Source: Trueperaceae bacterium
GTDB lineage: Bacteria > Deinococcota > Deinococci > Deinococcales > Trueperaceae
Reading direction: 5' to 3'
DNA length: 64,000 bases
NCBI GenBank assembly: GCA_965213705.1
Contig: OZ243913.1
Span: 1,248,001-1,312,000 of the forward strand
The stretch's first letter is position 1. Every line of letters begins with the position of its first letter. The translations under genes and the position numbers were made by a program. Below, piece after piece: positions 48,455 to 57,046 of this stretch. Below the pieces are notes generated by a model, which was not told where the DNA came from, did no database searches, and saw only the letters and a program-made list of their open reading frames with translations.

Positions 48455-49605
48455 GCTACAAACGCAGGTGCAGGCATTGCGGGCGCACCGTCTCGCTGCG
48501 GCAGATGCCGCACGGCAAGTACGTGGCGTTCGAGGGCGGGGGTGTTCACGACTGCGCCGCGCCGCCGGCACCGCAAAAATCGCACCGGCAACCCCGAATT
48601 CGGGTGCGGACGGGTGAGGAGCCGAAAGATAGACCGGCTTCGCTTTACGACGACATCGGTTTCGAGACGTTCCGGCTTGGCGGCGTGGCACCGGTCGAAA
48701 GCTCTCCTGTTTTCGAGGAGCCGGATGGTTTTATACTGGCTGAACTCATCACACCCGAACGGGAAGAAGATGTTGGGGGAGTGGTAGAGAGCCGGCCAGT
48801 ACTGATTGAGTTGGCAGCAGCGCCGACGCCGCGCCAGCCCGAGGTCGACTCCGCGCCAGCAGCACTTATCAAATCAAGTGCCGCGGACGAAAAGCTGTTT
48901 ACTCCAACCCCTGTTGTGCCGGCTCCTCCAGAGCCCGTCGCGACGCCGCCCACGCAAAGTGTGCGTTCTACCGAGCCAAACGCCGAAACTTATGTCAAGC
49001 CGCCTCCACCCGTCATACCACCCAGGGCCAGGCGTTCTTCGGCTTGGCCCTGGGTCTTGGGCTCAAGCGCGATTCTTGGGCTTGTGCTGTGGTTGGTCGT
49101 GCAGGGTAGCAGCCCGGCGGCTGCGCCCCCAAGAGCAGCGAACTCACTTCCCGTTACCGTCGCACTGACCAGTGACCCGTCGCCCGCCACGGTGTATGTC
49201 GAGGGAGTCTACCGAGGCGAGACGCCGCTGAACCTACAGGTCCCGTCGGCTGTCGACGTGGCGTACCGGGTCGAGGCCGAAGCCAGCGGGGAAACCGCTT
49301 ACGAGCCGTTTGCCGGGGTGTTGAACGTGCGCACGAGCGACGCCGTGAGCGTGTGGCTGAACCGTGTGGCGTTACCATCCGACGGTGGTGATCAAGCTGC
49401 CCCTTCACCCTACTACCCGCCTCGACATGCCGTTCGGACTGCCGGCGGCTGGGAGTGCGTGATGGGCTACGAGCAGGTGGCGGGTCAGTGTGAGAAGCTA
49501 ACGCTGCCAGCCAACGCGCATTTTGCCGGCCAGGCTAGGTGGGCTTGCGACTGGGGCTACGCGCGTGAAGGCGAAAGCTGCGTTTTGCGGGAGGAACAAG
49601 AATAG
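48451..49605 (+). CDS. Single-pass membrane protein: Zn-ribbon-like N-terminus, Pro-rich linker, TM, PEGA domain, Cys-rich repeats
   Basis: CRHC...HDC; WPWVLGSSAILGLVLWLVV; TSDPSPATVYVEGVYRGETPL; P.HA..W.C..GY....C twice; GTGA overlap with the helicase stop. Confidence 0.75.
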   Translation: MSYKRRCRHCGRTVSLRQMPHGKYVAFEGGGVHDCAAPPAPQKSHRQPRIRVRTGEEPKDRPASLYDDIGFETFRLGGVAPVESSPVFEEPDGFILAELITPEREEDVGGVVESRPVLIELAAAPTPRQPEVDSAPAALIKSSAADEKLFTPTPVVPAPPEPVATPPTQSVRSTEPNAETYVKPPPPVIPPRARRSSAWPWVLGSSAILGLVLWLVVQGSSPAAAPPRAANSLPVTVALTSDPSPATVYVEGVYRGETPLNLQVPSAVDVAYRVEAEASGETAYEPFAGVLNVRTSDAVSVWLNRVALPSDGGDQAAPSPYYPPRHAVRTAGGWECVMGYEQVAGQCEKLTLPANAHFAGQARWACDWGYAREGESCVLREEQE

Positions 49606-49784
49606 CTCCCAGTCTTTCTACCGCCCCTCTCAAAACAGCACCCTGGGCCTCGGTTTGAGAATGACGCTTAATCGTTGTCGCCGACGACGAAGGTAAAAAA
49701 CGCGCTCACCTTTAGGTCAGCACCAGCGGGCGCATCTTAATAGAACCTACGATAGAACCTACGGTTGTAACTTACGCTCTGTGC

Positions 49785-49915
49785 TGACCAGCTCCCCTAA
49801 AACCGGTCCAGACTATATGGCTCGATAAAAAGCGTTTTGACATTGAGACGCTTGAGCCAGTCTTTTACAGCTTTAGCGCAGAATGCAGGGCCGTTATCTG
49901 ACCGGCTATGAGGCC
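49785..49915 (-). mobile_element. IS3-family remnant (terminal IR plus integrase-core fragment)
   Basis: TGACCAGCTCCCCTAAAACCGGTCCAG terminal IR-like sequence next to RSDNGPAFCAKAVKDWLKRLNVKTLFIEP on the minus strand. Confidence 0.75.
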
Positions 49916-49982
49916 GGTGCATTTTGCCAAGCGGCACCGCGTCACGTGGGCAGCACAACCTCGTCGGCGCGTATACTCTCCC

Positions 49983-51452
49983 ATGCCCTCGGTCACCCTG
50001 TTCCACAGCAACGACATGCACGGCCGCGTCGAGGCAATGGCTAAGTTGAGCACCTATGTCAAGCAAGAACGCCGACAAGCCGAGGCGGTGGGTCGCGAGA
50101 CCCTCTTTTGGGACGCCGGCGACGCCGCGGACCGGCGCTTCGAGTTCGTCGCCCTCAGCAAAGGGTCGACCTTCCCGCCCCTCCTCGCGGCGATGGGCGT
50201 CGAGCTACAAACCCTCGGCAACGACATCGGTTTGACCTATGGCCCCGAAGCGGCTTTCGAGATGGCCGCGGCGTCGCCGTTCCCGGTGCTGGCCGCCAAC
50301 TTCCGCGACGGTGACGCTCCGCTAAACCCGGCGCTGTCGGTCACCCTGGCGAGCGGGATACGCCTGGGCGTGTTCGGCCTCACCGCGCCCTGGGGCGAGC
50401 TTTACCACAGTTTCGGGTTGCACTTCCCCGACACCCTGCCGCTCGCCAAACGAATGGTCGCCGAGTTGAAAGCGCAAGGCGTCGACGCCGTCATCCTGCT
50501 GTCGCACCTCGGCTACGAGTTGAAAGACTTGCCCGACGTCGACGACCTCAAGATCGCGCAGGAAGTTCCCGAGATCGACCTCATTATTGGTGCGCACACC
50601 CACACCCTGTTGCCCGAAGGCGTGACCGTCAACGGCGTGCTGATAGCCCAGACCGGCGACTACGCACAGCGGTTGGGCCGCATCGACTTAGAGTTCGACG
50701 CGCGTCACCACCTCACGAGCAAGCGCGCGAGCGTCCTGGAGGTGCCCGCGGACACGCCGCTCGACCCGGCTGTTCTCGCCGCCGTCAGCGCCGCCGAACA
50801 AGAAGCCGAAAGGTTGAAAAGCCGTGAAGTTGGCGAACTGCTCGTCGACCTGGACCTCGACTACTTTGACGACTGCCGCCTGGGCCGCTTCGCCGCCGAC
50901 GCGCTGCGCACATACATGAAGGCCGACGCCGCCCTGGTGATGGGCGGGCTGTTTCACAGCGAATTGCATAAAGGACCGGTGACCTTGGGCGACCTGAACC
51001 GCGCCTGCTTCACGACCGCCAACCCTTGTGTCACGGTGCTGACGGGGCGAGAGCTTGTAGACGCGCTCGAGCGGGGTCTCGACCCGGCCCGGTACGACCA
51101 CCGGCACACGGCGCTCCGCGGCCCGCCGTGTGGCATTCCGCAACTGAGCGGGCTCAGGGTGTGGGTTGACCTGGCGCGACCCGTGGGGCGGCGCGTCATA
51201 CGCGCGGACATCCAAGGGCAACGTCTCGACTTAGAACACGTCTACCGGCTCGCGCACACCGACGCCGAGACCCTGGACCCCCCGGGCTACCTGCCTTTGG
51301 ACCCGGCTAGAACCACGCAGGAGACGCCGACCATTTTGCGTGAGGCGCTGGCGACTTATCTGCAAGCGCACTCGCCTTTGGCGTTGCCCGAGGCGGAGCG
51401 GTGGCATTTTTCGGGGGGTCGACTGGCAGGGGCGCAGGGCACCCATCAGTAA
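49983..51452 (+). CDS. Bifunctional metallophosphoesterase/5'-nucleotidase (no signal peptide)
   Basis: HSNDMHG, DAGD, LGND, LAANF, LSHLG, GAHTH, and a C-terminal nucleotidase domain. Confidence 0.9.
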   Translation: MPSVTLFHSNDMHGRVEAMAKLSTYVKQERRQAEAVGRETLFWDAGDAADRRFEFVALSKGSTFPPLLAAMGVELQTLGNDIGLTYGPEAAFEMAAASPFPVLAANFRDGDAPLNPALSVTLASGIRLGVFGLTAPWGELYHSFGLHFPDTLPLAKRMVAELKAQGVDAVILLSHLGYELKDLPDVDDLKIAQEVPEIDLIIGAHTHTLLPEGVTVNGVLIAQTGDYAQRLGRIDLEFDARHHLTSKRASVLEVPADTPLDPAVLAAVSAAEQEAERLKSREVGELLVDLDLDYFDDCRLGRFAADALRTYMKADAALVMGGLFHSELHKGPVTLGDLNRACFTTANPCVTVLTGRELVDALERGLDPARYDHRHTALRGPPCGIPQLSGLRVWVDLARPVGRRVIRADIQGQRLDLEHVYRLAHTDAETLDPPGYLPLDPARTTQETPTILREALATYLQAHSPLALPEAERWHFSGGRLAGAQGTHQ

Positions 51453-51772
51453 AGTCTAGCTTCTCAAATTAGCGAAGTTGTTTAGTGCCCGGTCGAGAAG
51501 AGCGTTCATGACCTACACCTCGACTTCGCCCACAACTGCAGCGATGGTCGCTCTTAACCGCTTGGTAGAGCCGAGCAACGCCGCCCAGCAACCGGCAAAG
51601 TCCACGTTCCCTCCCCAAGCAGCGCAGTCTCTACCCGCAGCGGACGCAATCCTTGGTTGCTGGCGTAGGTAGCGCGTAGGGACGGTTCGAGGAGAAGGGT
51701 CGGCGAGCAGCGGTGGCGGCAATCCTGCCACGAGCCAATCCTGGCAGAACCGCCGAAGGAGCTCGGGTCCAG

Positions 51773-52030
51773 CTACTGCTCTTCGCTGATTTCTACACCA
51801 CGCTTCTTCGCAGCTCGCTTGATGCGGTCTTTGATGGTTTCAACTTCGTCCTCGTCGTATTTAGCAGCATTGTCTTCTTGGTTGATGTACCTCCAGGCGG
51901 CCCGAACATGCCCAGCGGTATCGACGGGATACTTGTTGTTCACCGGGTCGGCGAACTCGACGTCACCGTACTTGTGCTCGCCTTCCTCGGGGTTGACGTC
52001 CTCGCGAGGGTCAATCTTGGTGCTCATCAT
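51773..52030 (-). CDS. Small conserved protein (DUF6582-like)
   Basis: YGDVEFADP.N.KYPVDT..HVRAAW.YI...IKRAAKK.GVE; AAGGAG RBS. Confidence 0.8.
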   Translation of the reverse strand: MMSTKIDPREDVNPEEGEHKYGDVEFADPVNNKYPVDTAGHVRAAWRYINQEDNAAKYDEDEVETIKDRIKRAAKKRGVEISEEQ

Positions 52031-52251
52031 CTTCTCCTTTACCGTGAGCGCTCCACGCCAAGTGTTCTCGACGTTGCGCCTACATGCTCAAGATAGAGGA
52101 TTGAAGAGAAGAAGACTGGAGTTCGTCAACAATCCTGAGGATGCGGGCCGGGTCCTGTTTGCCGCGTCCGAGCAAGCCCGGCTCTAACACAGCGACCGGA
52201 CCTACGGTAGAACCTCGGCGCCGCCCCTATCTTGGTGTCCAGGAGGAAACT

Positions 52252-53007
52252 ATGCCGACAACTTTGGTAGCGATGTACGACCGCCGCAACCAGGCCGAGG
52301 AGGCTGTTCGAGACTTGGCCGACGCCGGCTTCGAGCGCGGCAACGTCGAACTCGTGGCGCACGACGAACAGACGCAAGACCGCCCCGCAGGTTTCTGGCA
52401 GACCTTGTTCAATCCGGGTGCAGCCGAGGACGACATCGACCTGCTCGCCGAGGGCGTGCGCCGCGGCGGCTCGGTGCTGACGCTGACAGTTGACGATAAC
52501 AGAGTGGCTGACGTTGAACAAATCCTGAACCGCCATAACCCGGTCGATGTCGACGAGCGGGTGGAGAAGTGGCGCGAGGAGGGCTACAGCGGCCACGACC
52601 GCAACGCCCCGGTCTACAGCGCCGAGCAGGTCGAGGCCGAGCGTGAGCGCTACGCCATCCCCATCGTCGAAGAAGACGTCAAGGTCGGCAAGCGCCAAGT
52701 CCAAGAGGGCGGCAAGCGCATCCGCAGCTACGTCCGCGAGACGCCGGTCGAAGAAAGCGTCACCCTGCGCGACGAAGAGGTGCACGTCGAGCGCCGACCC
52801 ATAAATCGCGCCGCGACCGAGGCCGACTTCCAGGAGAAAAACGTCGAGATGAGCGAGACGCACGAAGAAGCCGTCGTGTCGAAAGAGGCGCGCGTCGTCG
52901 AAGAAGTCGTCGTCGATAAAGAAGCGCGCGAGCACACCGAGACCGTGCGCGGCACCGAGCGCAAGACCGAGGTCGAAGTCGAAGAGTTGGGCAAGACCAA
53001 GAACTGA
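52252..53007 (+). CDS. YsnF/AvaK (DUF2382) domain stress protein
   Basis: AEGVRRGG, IPIVEEDVKVGKRQV, VTLRDEEV.VERRP, EEAVVSKEARVVEEV; AGGAGG RBS. Confidence 0.9.
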   Translation: MPTTLVAMYDRRNQAEEAVRDLADAGFERGNVELVAHDEQTQDRPAGFWQTLFNPGAAEDDIDLLAEGVRRGGSVLTLTVDDNRVADVEQILNRHNPVDVDERVEKWREEGYSGHDRNAPVYSAEQVEAERERYAIPIVEEDVKVGKRQVQEGGKRIRSYVRETPVEESVTLRDEEVHVERRPINRAATEADFQEKNVEMSETHEEAVVSKEARVVEEVVVDKEAREHTETVRGTERKTEVEVEELGKTKN

Positions 53008-53022
53008 GCTTCTAAGCCAAAT

Positions 53023-53067
53023 CCGCGGCGGTGGGGGTGTGGGTTAATCACACCCCCACCGCCGCGG
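53023..53067 (+). terminator. 19-bp stem hairpin after the YsnF gene
   Basis: CCGCGGCGGTGGGGGTGTG / CACACCCCCACCGCCGCGG. Confidence 0.75.
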
Positions 53068-53315
53068 TCGGTACATTTTTCTGGTCCTGGCCCGCTGCTG
53101 TTAAGTGGCAACCTCTTCAGTAGCTCGGTGTTCTCGCGCTCGGCTACCTGGCCGCGCCGCTTTTGGCTGGCGCGCTGCAGACCCGGTCTTTGGGAGCTGA
53201 AGGGGCCTCGGAGTTGTGGGGCTCGAAAACAGTCGGTAAGTAGGCCCACACCCTGCAGCCGCCCCCGGCAAGCTCGATACTTGCCTCTGTATACCAGCGC
53301 GCCGGGAGGAGAGTT

Positions 53316-53528
53316 GTGGACTGGGAAGACGTCAAGCGTGACTGGGAGAGCTACCGGAAAGAGGCTCTGCGTACCTGAAAGAAGCTGCAAGCTGAGGACC
53401 TCGACGCCGCCGGTGACCGCGACAAGCTCGTCGAGCGTGTTGGACAAGCTCACGGCGTGTCCCCGGAACAAGCCGAGACCGAAGTCGACGCCTGGGCCAA
53501 AAGGATGACCGAGATTCAGGCGACCTGA
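53316..53528 (+). pseudogene. CsbD-like paralog of 12878-13093 with a TGG>TGA nonsense codon (53376-53378)
   Basis: MDWEDVKRDW...RT*KKL...AGDRDKL...AETEVDAWAKRMTEIQAT; absent from the ORF track. Confidence 0.8.
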
Positions 53529-53540
53529 AGTGAGGAAATC

Positions 53541-53804
53541 TTGACCCAAGCTTATTTTTTCGACCAGCCGAACCCGCCCCCCGTCGAAGAGCCCGTGCCG
53601 ACGCCCGGCCGGGACCTTCCCGACCCGGGAGTGCCTAACCCCGACGAACTGCCCCCCGAGATCGACGAGCCGGGCGAAGACCTGCCAGGAATCGACGAGC
53701 CGCCGGGAGACTTGCCCGACCAAGTGCCGCCGGGTGTCGACTTGCCCGGCGAAGGTGGAAGGGACGTTGATCTGCCCCCGCCCGAGCCGGCCGAGGTTGG
53801 CTGA
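53541..53804 (+). CDS. Small Pro/Asp-rich low-complexity protein (paralog of 13112-13315)
   Basis: GAGG RBS; shared DEPGEDLPGIDEPPGDLPDQVPPG. Confidence 0.75.
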   Translation: MTQAYFFDQPNPPPVEEPVPTPGRDLPDPGVPNPDELPPEIDEPGEDLPGIDEPPGDLPDQVPPGVDLPGEGGRDVDLPPPEPAEVG

Positions 53805-53906
53805 AATCAAACAGGCCGCTGACCTTTGGCTGTCTATGCGGGCGAAGATTCGTAGGCCCGTCTCAGAGCGGCTGGTTCGACCTCGCCGTAGTACAGGAGG
53901 AACAAA

Positions 53907-54113
53907 GTGAACTGGGACAAAGTCAAAGAAGGCTGGGAGCAGTACCAAAAACTCGCCCTAGGCGAGTGGCCCAAGCTGACCGAGCTGGACCTGACCCATA
54001 TCGCGGGCAACCGGACACAGCTCGTCGAGCTACTCCAAGACCGCTACGACATGAGCCTAGACGAAGCCGCACAGACGGCTGACGGTTGGGCGGAGAGTAT
54101 CACTGGCGATTAG
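53907..54113 (+). CDS. CsbD/YjbJ-like stress protein
   Basis: MNWDKVKEGW...W.KLT..DL..IAG.R.QL...LQ.RY; AGGAGG RBS. Confidence 0.88.
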   Translation: MNWDKVKEGWEQYQKLALGEWPKLTELDLTHIAGNRTQLVELLQDRYDMSLDEAAQTADGWAESITGD

Positions 54114-54594
54114 GAAATGAGTGGGGGCAGAGGGTGCGAAGGTCTACGAACAGCGTAACAGCCGCAACCAGTCACCTACCCGACTTGACGCCCTATGAAG
54201 TGCATTGCGGCGAACTTAGCCAAGCCGCCCACCTGACGCTTCAACAACTTAGCAACCTGCTGTTGTCCATCCGCGACAACGCAAGTCTGGACAGAGCTGA
54301 GCGCCTGACTCTGCTGGAGACCGTAGACGCGCTCGTCTGGGAACGCTCACGAGAAAACGTCTAGGGCTTCAACAACCTGTTACCGTTGCCTTTGTTAGGT
54401 GAACTCTTGAAAAAACTCGAGGCTGTGCCTTTTCCAGTACGACAGTCACCTTGCAATTTATCACTCGTCCTGCCAACGTAGAAAGCGTTTTCTGCAGTAA
54501 TTGTCTTTAAGATTTACGGCGACGCTCTTACCTCATCCCGATTCCATCACGAAGCTAAAGCCTTAGGCACGCGCCTGTCATATTTTCGTGATAA

Positions 54595-56583
54595 GTGTCC
54601 ACCTACACTGTCCTTATGGATGCGCTGCCTGGAGAACGACGTTGTTCTTACACCACCTTGTCGCCTGAAATCGAATCCTTGCAGGACTTTCTGACAACCA
54701 GAGCCGACCACCCTTTTGCTGTTCCTACCGACGTCGCAACCTGGCAGTCACTTTTCGCTCATTTACTCAGCTTAAAAGAAACGTCCCTGCTTCCTTTCGA
54801 GGCAGTGTTGAACAACGTACCCATAGAGGTGGTCATCTTCGACGCTGAGCACCGCTACTTGTTTTGCAACCCCGCAGCCATCAAGAACAGTGAGATTCGC
54901 AGCTGGATAATTGGCAAAGACGACTTCGAATATGGCAGCTACCGAGGCTTCGACCCCAGTGTTGCCGAGCAGCGACGCAAACGCTTCCTCGCGGCGGTTG
55001 AGAGCCGGACCTCGGCGAGCTGGGAAGAGACTTTCACGGATGCTCACGGAAACGTCAAACACCACTGGCGCAACCTCATGCCGGTCTTCGGCCAAGCGGG
55101 CGAACTCAGGTTCGTTGTCGGATACGGACGTGACGTTACCGAGCGCAAACAAGCAGAGCAAGCTTTGGAGCGTTTCAACGGCGAGCTGGAAACGAGGGTT
55201 AGGACGCGCACCGCCGAACTAGAAGCGGCCAAGCTGGACTTAGAGGCCGCGAACGCCCGGTTGCAGCACGACGCTTTCCACGACGTCCTGACTGGGCTGC
55301 CCAACCGAGCCTTGTTCAAAGACCGCCTGGCCCAGGCCGTCGAGCGCGAAAAGCGCCGCCCCGAGAACGGCTTCGCGGTGTTGTTCTTGGACTTCGACCG
55401 TTTCAAAGTCGTCAACGACAGTCTCGGTCATGAGGCCGGCGACACCCTGCTCATCGCTCTGGGTGAGCGTCTAACCGGGTGTGTGCGCCCTGGGGACACG
55501 GTGGCCCGCTTGGGCGGTGACGAGTTCACCTTGCTTTTAGAAGACCTAAAGCAAAGTAGCGGCGAAGCGGTGAAAACGGCTGAACGTATCCAACAGGCGT
55601 TGAAGCGTCCCTTTCAACTCGCTGGGCAAGCGCTCACCCTCACCGTCAGCATTGGCATTGTTCCCAGCAGGCTCGGCTACCACAGCGCCGAGGAAGTGCT
55701 GCGCGACGCGGACTTGGCGATGTACGATGCCAAAAAGCGTGGGCGGGCCGGGTACCAGCTTTTTACTCAGCAGTTGCGTGAGCAAGCTTTGTTACGTTTG
55801 GAACTCGAGACAGACCTGCGCAGCGCCACCGAGGCGGGTACGCTCGGCGTGCAGTATCAGCCTATCGTCGCGGTGGAGACCGGCTTGCCGGTCGGCTACG
55901 AAGCGCTGGCCCGCTGGACGCACCCCCTGCACGGACCGGTCTCACCGGACGTGTTTATTCCTTTGGCCGAAGAGGTGGGCCTCGTCACCGAACTCGACCT
56001 GTTCGTGTTGCGTACGGCTTGCTCGCAGGTGTGCGCGTGGCAGCAGCAGTTCCCGCAGTTGCCGGCGCTGAGCTTGAGCGCCAACCTGTCCGGCAAAAGT
56101 GTCGCGTACCCAGGACTCGTGGCGCGCATCGAGAGCATCCTGAACGAAACCGGTTTCGACCCGCGCGACCTCAAGCTCGAGCTGACCGAAAGCGTGTTGC
56201 TCGGCTCGCCCGCCGAGGTAGGGACGACCCTCAACCAACTCAGGACGCTAGGCATCAGGCTGCATATTGACGACTTCGGTACCGGGTACTCCTCGCTCGC
56301 TTACCTGCAAAACCTACCCGTGAGTACGCTCAAGGTCGACCGCTCCTTTGTGGAGAACATGCTCAGTAACCCGGAGAGTGCCGAGTTGGTGCGCACCGTC
56401 GTGGCGATGGCAAAGGCCTTGGGCTTGAGCGTGACGGCGGAAGGTATCGAAACCCCGGCACAGCTTGCGCACCTTAAAGCTTTGGGCTGCGAGAACGGGC
56501 AGGGCTACTTGTTTTCAAAACCGCTTCCGGCAGCGGCTGTAGCCAGCTACATGACGTCACTACAAGGTTTAGCTGTTTGTTAG
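54595..56583 (+). CDS. PAS-GGDEF-EAL diguanylate cyclase/phosphodiesterase
   Basis: PAS ending RDVTERK, coiled coil, HDVLTGLPNR, GGDEF, EALARW, DDFGTGYSS; start uncertain. Confidence 0.95.
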   Translation: MSTYTVLMDALPGERRCSYTTLSPEIESLQDFLTTRADHPFAVPTDVATWQSLFAHLLSLKETSLLPFEAVLNNVPIEVVIFDAEHRYLFCNPAAIKNSEIRSWIIGKDDFEYGSYRGFDPSVAEQRRKRFLAAVESRTSASWEETFTDAHGNVKHHWRNLMPVFGQAGELRFVVGYGRDVTERKQAEQALERFNGELETRVRTRTAELEAAKLDLEAANARLQHDAFHDVLTGLPNRALFKDRLAQAVEREKRRPENGFAVLFLDFDRFKVVNDSLGHEAGDTLLIALGERLTGCVRPGDTVARLGGDEFTLLLEDLKQSSGEAVKTAERIQQALKRPFQLAGQALTLTVSIGIVPSRLGYHSAEEVLRDADLAMYDAKKRGRAGYQLFTQQLREQALLRLELETDLRSATEAGTLGVQYQPIVAVETGLPVGYEALARWTHPLHGPVSPDVFIPLAEEVGLVTELDLFVLRTACSQVCAWQQQFPQLPALSLSANLSGKSVAYPGLVARIESILNETGFDPRDLKLELTESVLLGSPAEVGTTLNQLRTLGIRLHIDDFGTGYSSLAYLQNLPVSTLKVDRSFVENMLSNPESAELVRTVVAMAKALGLSVTAEGIETPAQLAHLKALGCENGQGYLFSKPLPAAAVASYMTSLQGLAVC

Positions 56584-57046
56584 TTGCTGAGCAGACGCGG
56601 TAACTTGCAAGCGGACGACGTTGGTCACCCAGTTTGAGAACGCCGACCGCCGTGCCGCTTTCCCATGTGCTCCAGAAAAAGCCCAGGTGCACGGGTGGCG
56701 TTACGCCCAAGCTGGAGCATGTCCGATCTCCTCAAGACATTGGGATTTTTTATACGCCAAGGTCCGACCCACACCTGTAGCCAGACGATGCTGTTTTCAA
56801 ACAGCTGACTTATGAACACGTCAACCGGCTTGAACTGCTTCGTGGTGGTATGTTTCAAAAAACTATAGTTTTATGGAGTAGCAACCTAAGAGGATAGATA
56901 CACGGCTCGTAGCGCCAAAATCGTGAGGGGGTTTTCTGGAAGGCTTAGCGTATAAAAAATCCTGGTGTCTTACACTACCCGATGTTGATGCTTTGAAGCG
57001 TTTGACGAACGTCACCTCTTTCCGGCGTTTTCAACCTAGTGCTTTT

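Noticed and set aside
53376..53378. Selenocysteine or Trp-recoded TGA
   Set aside because: It aligns to Trp (TGG) in the paralog, and TGA is a normal stop throughout; a simple G>A change explains it.
52728..53948. 406-aa minus-strand ORF (also 52126-52935)
   Set aside because: Antisense shadow of the YsnF, CsbD and Pro-rich genes, with no recognisable motifs.
54086..54364. Hypothetical 92-aa ORF
   Set aside because: No convincing start, RBS or motif; it may be a small gene but I cannot support it.
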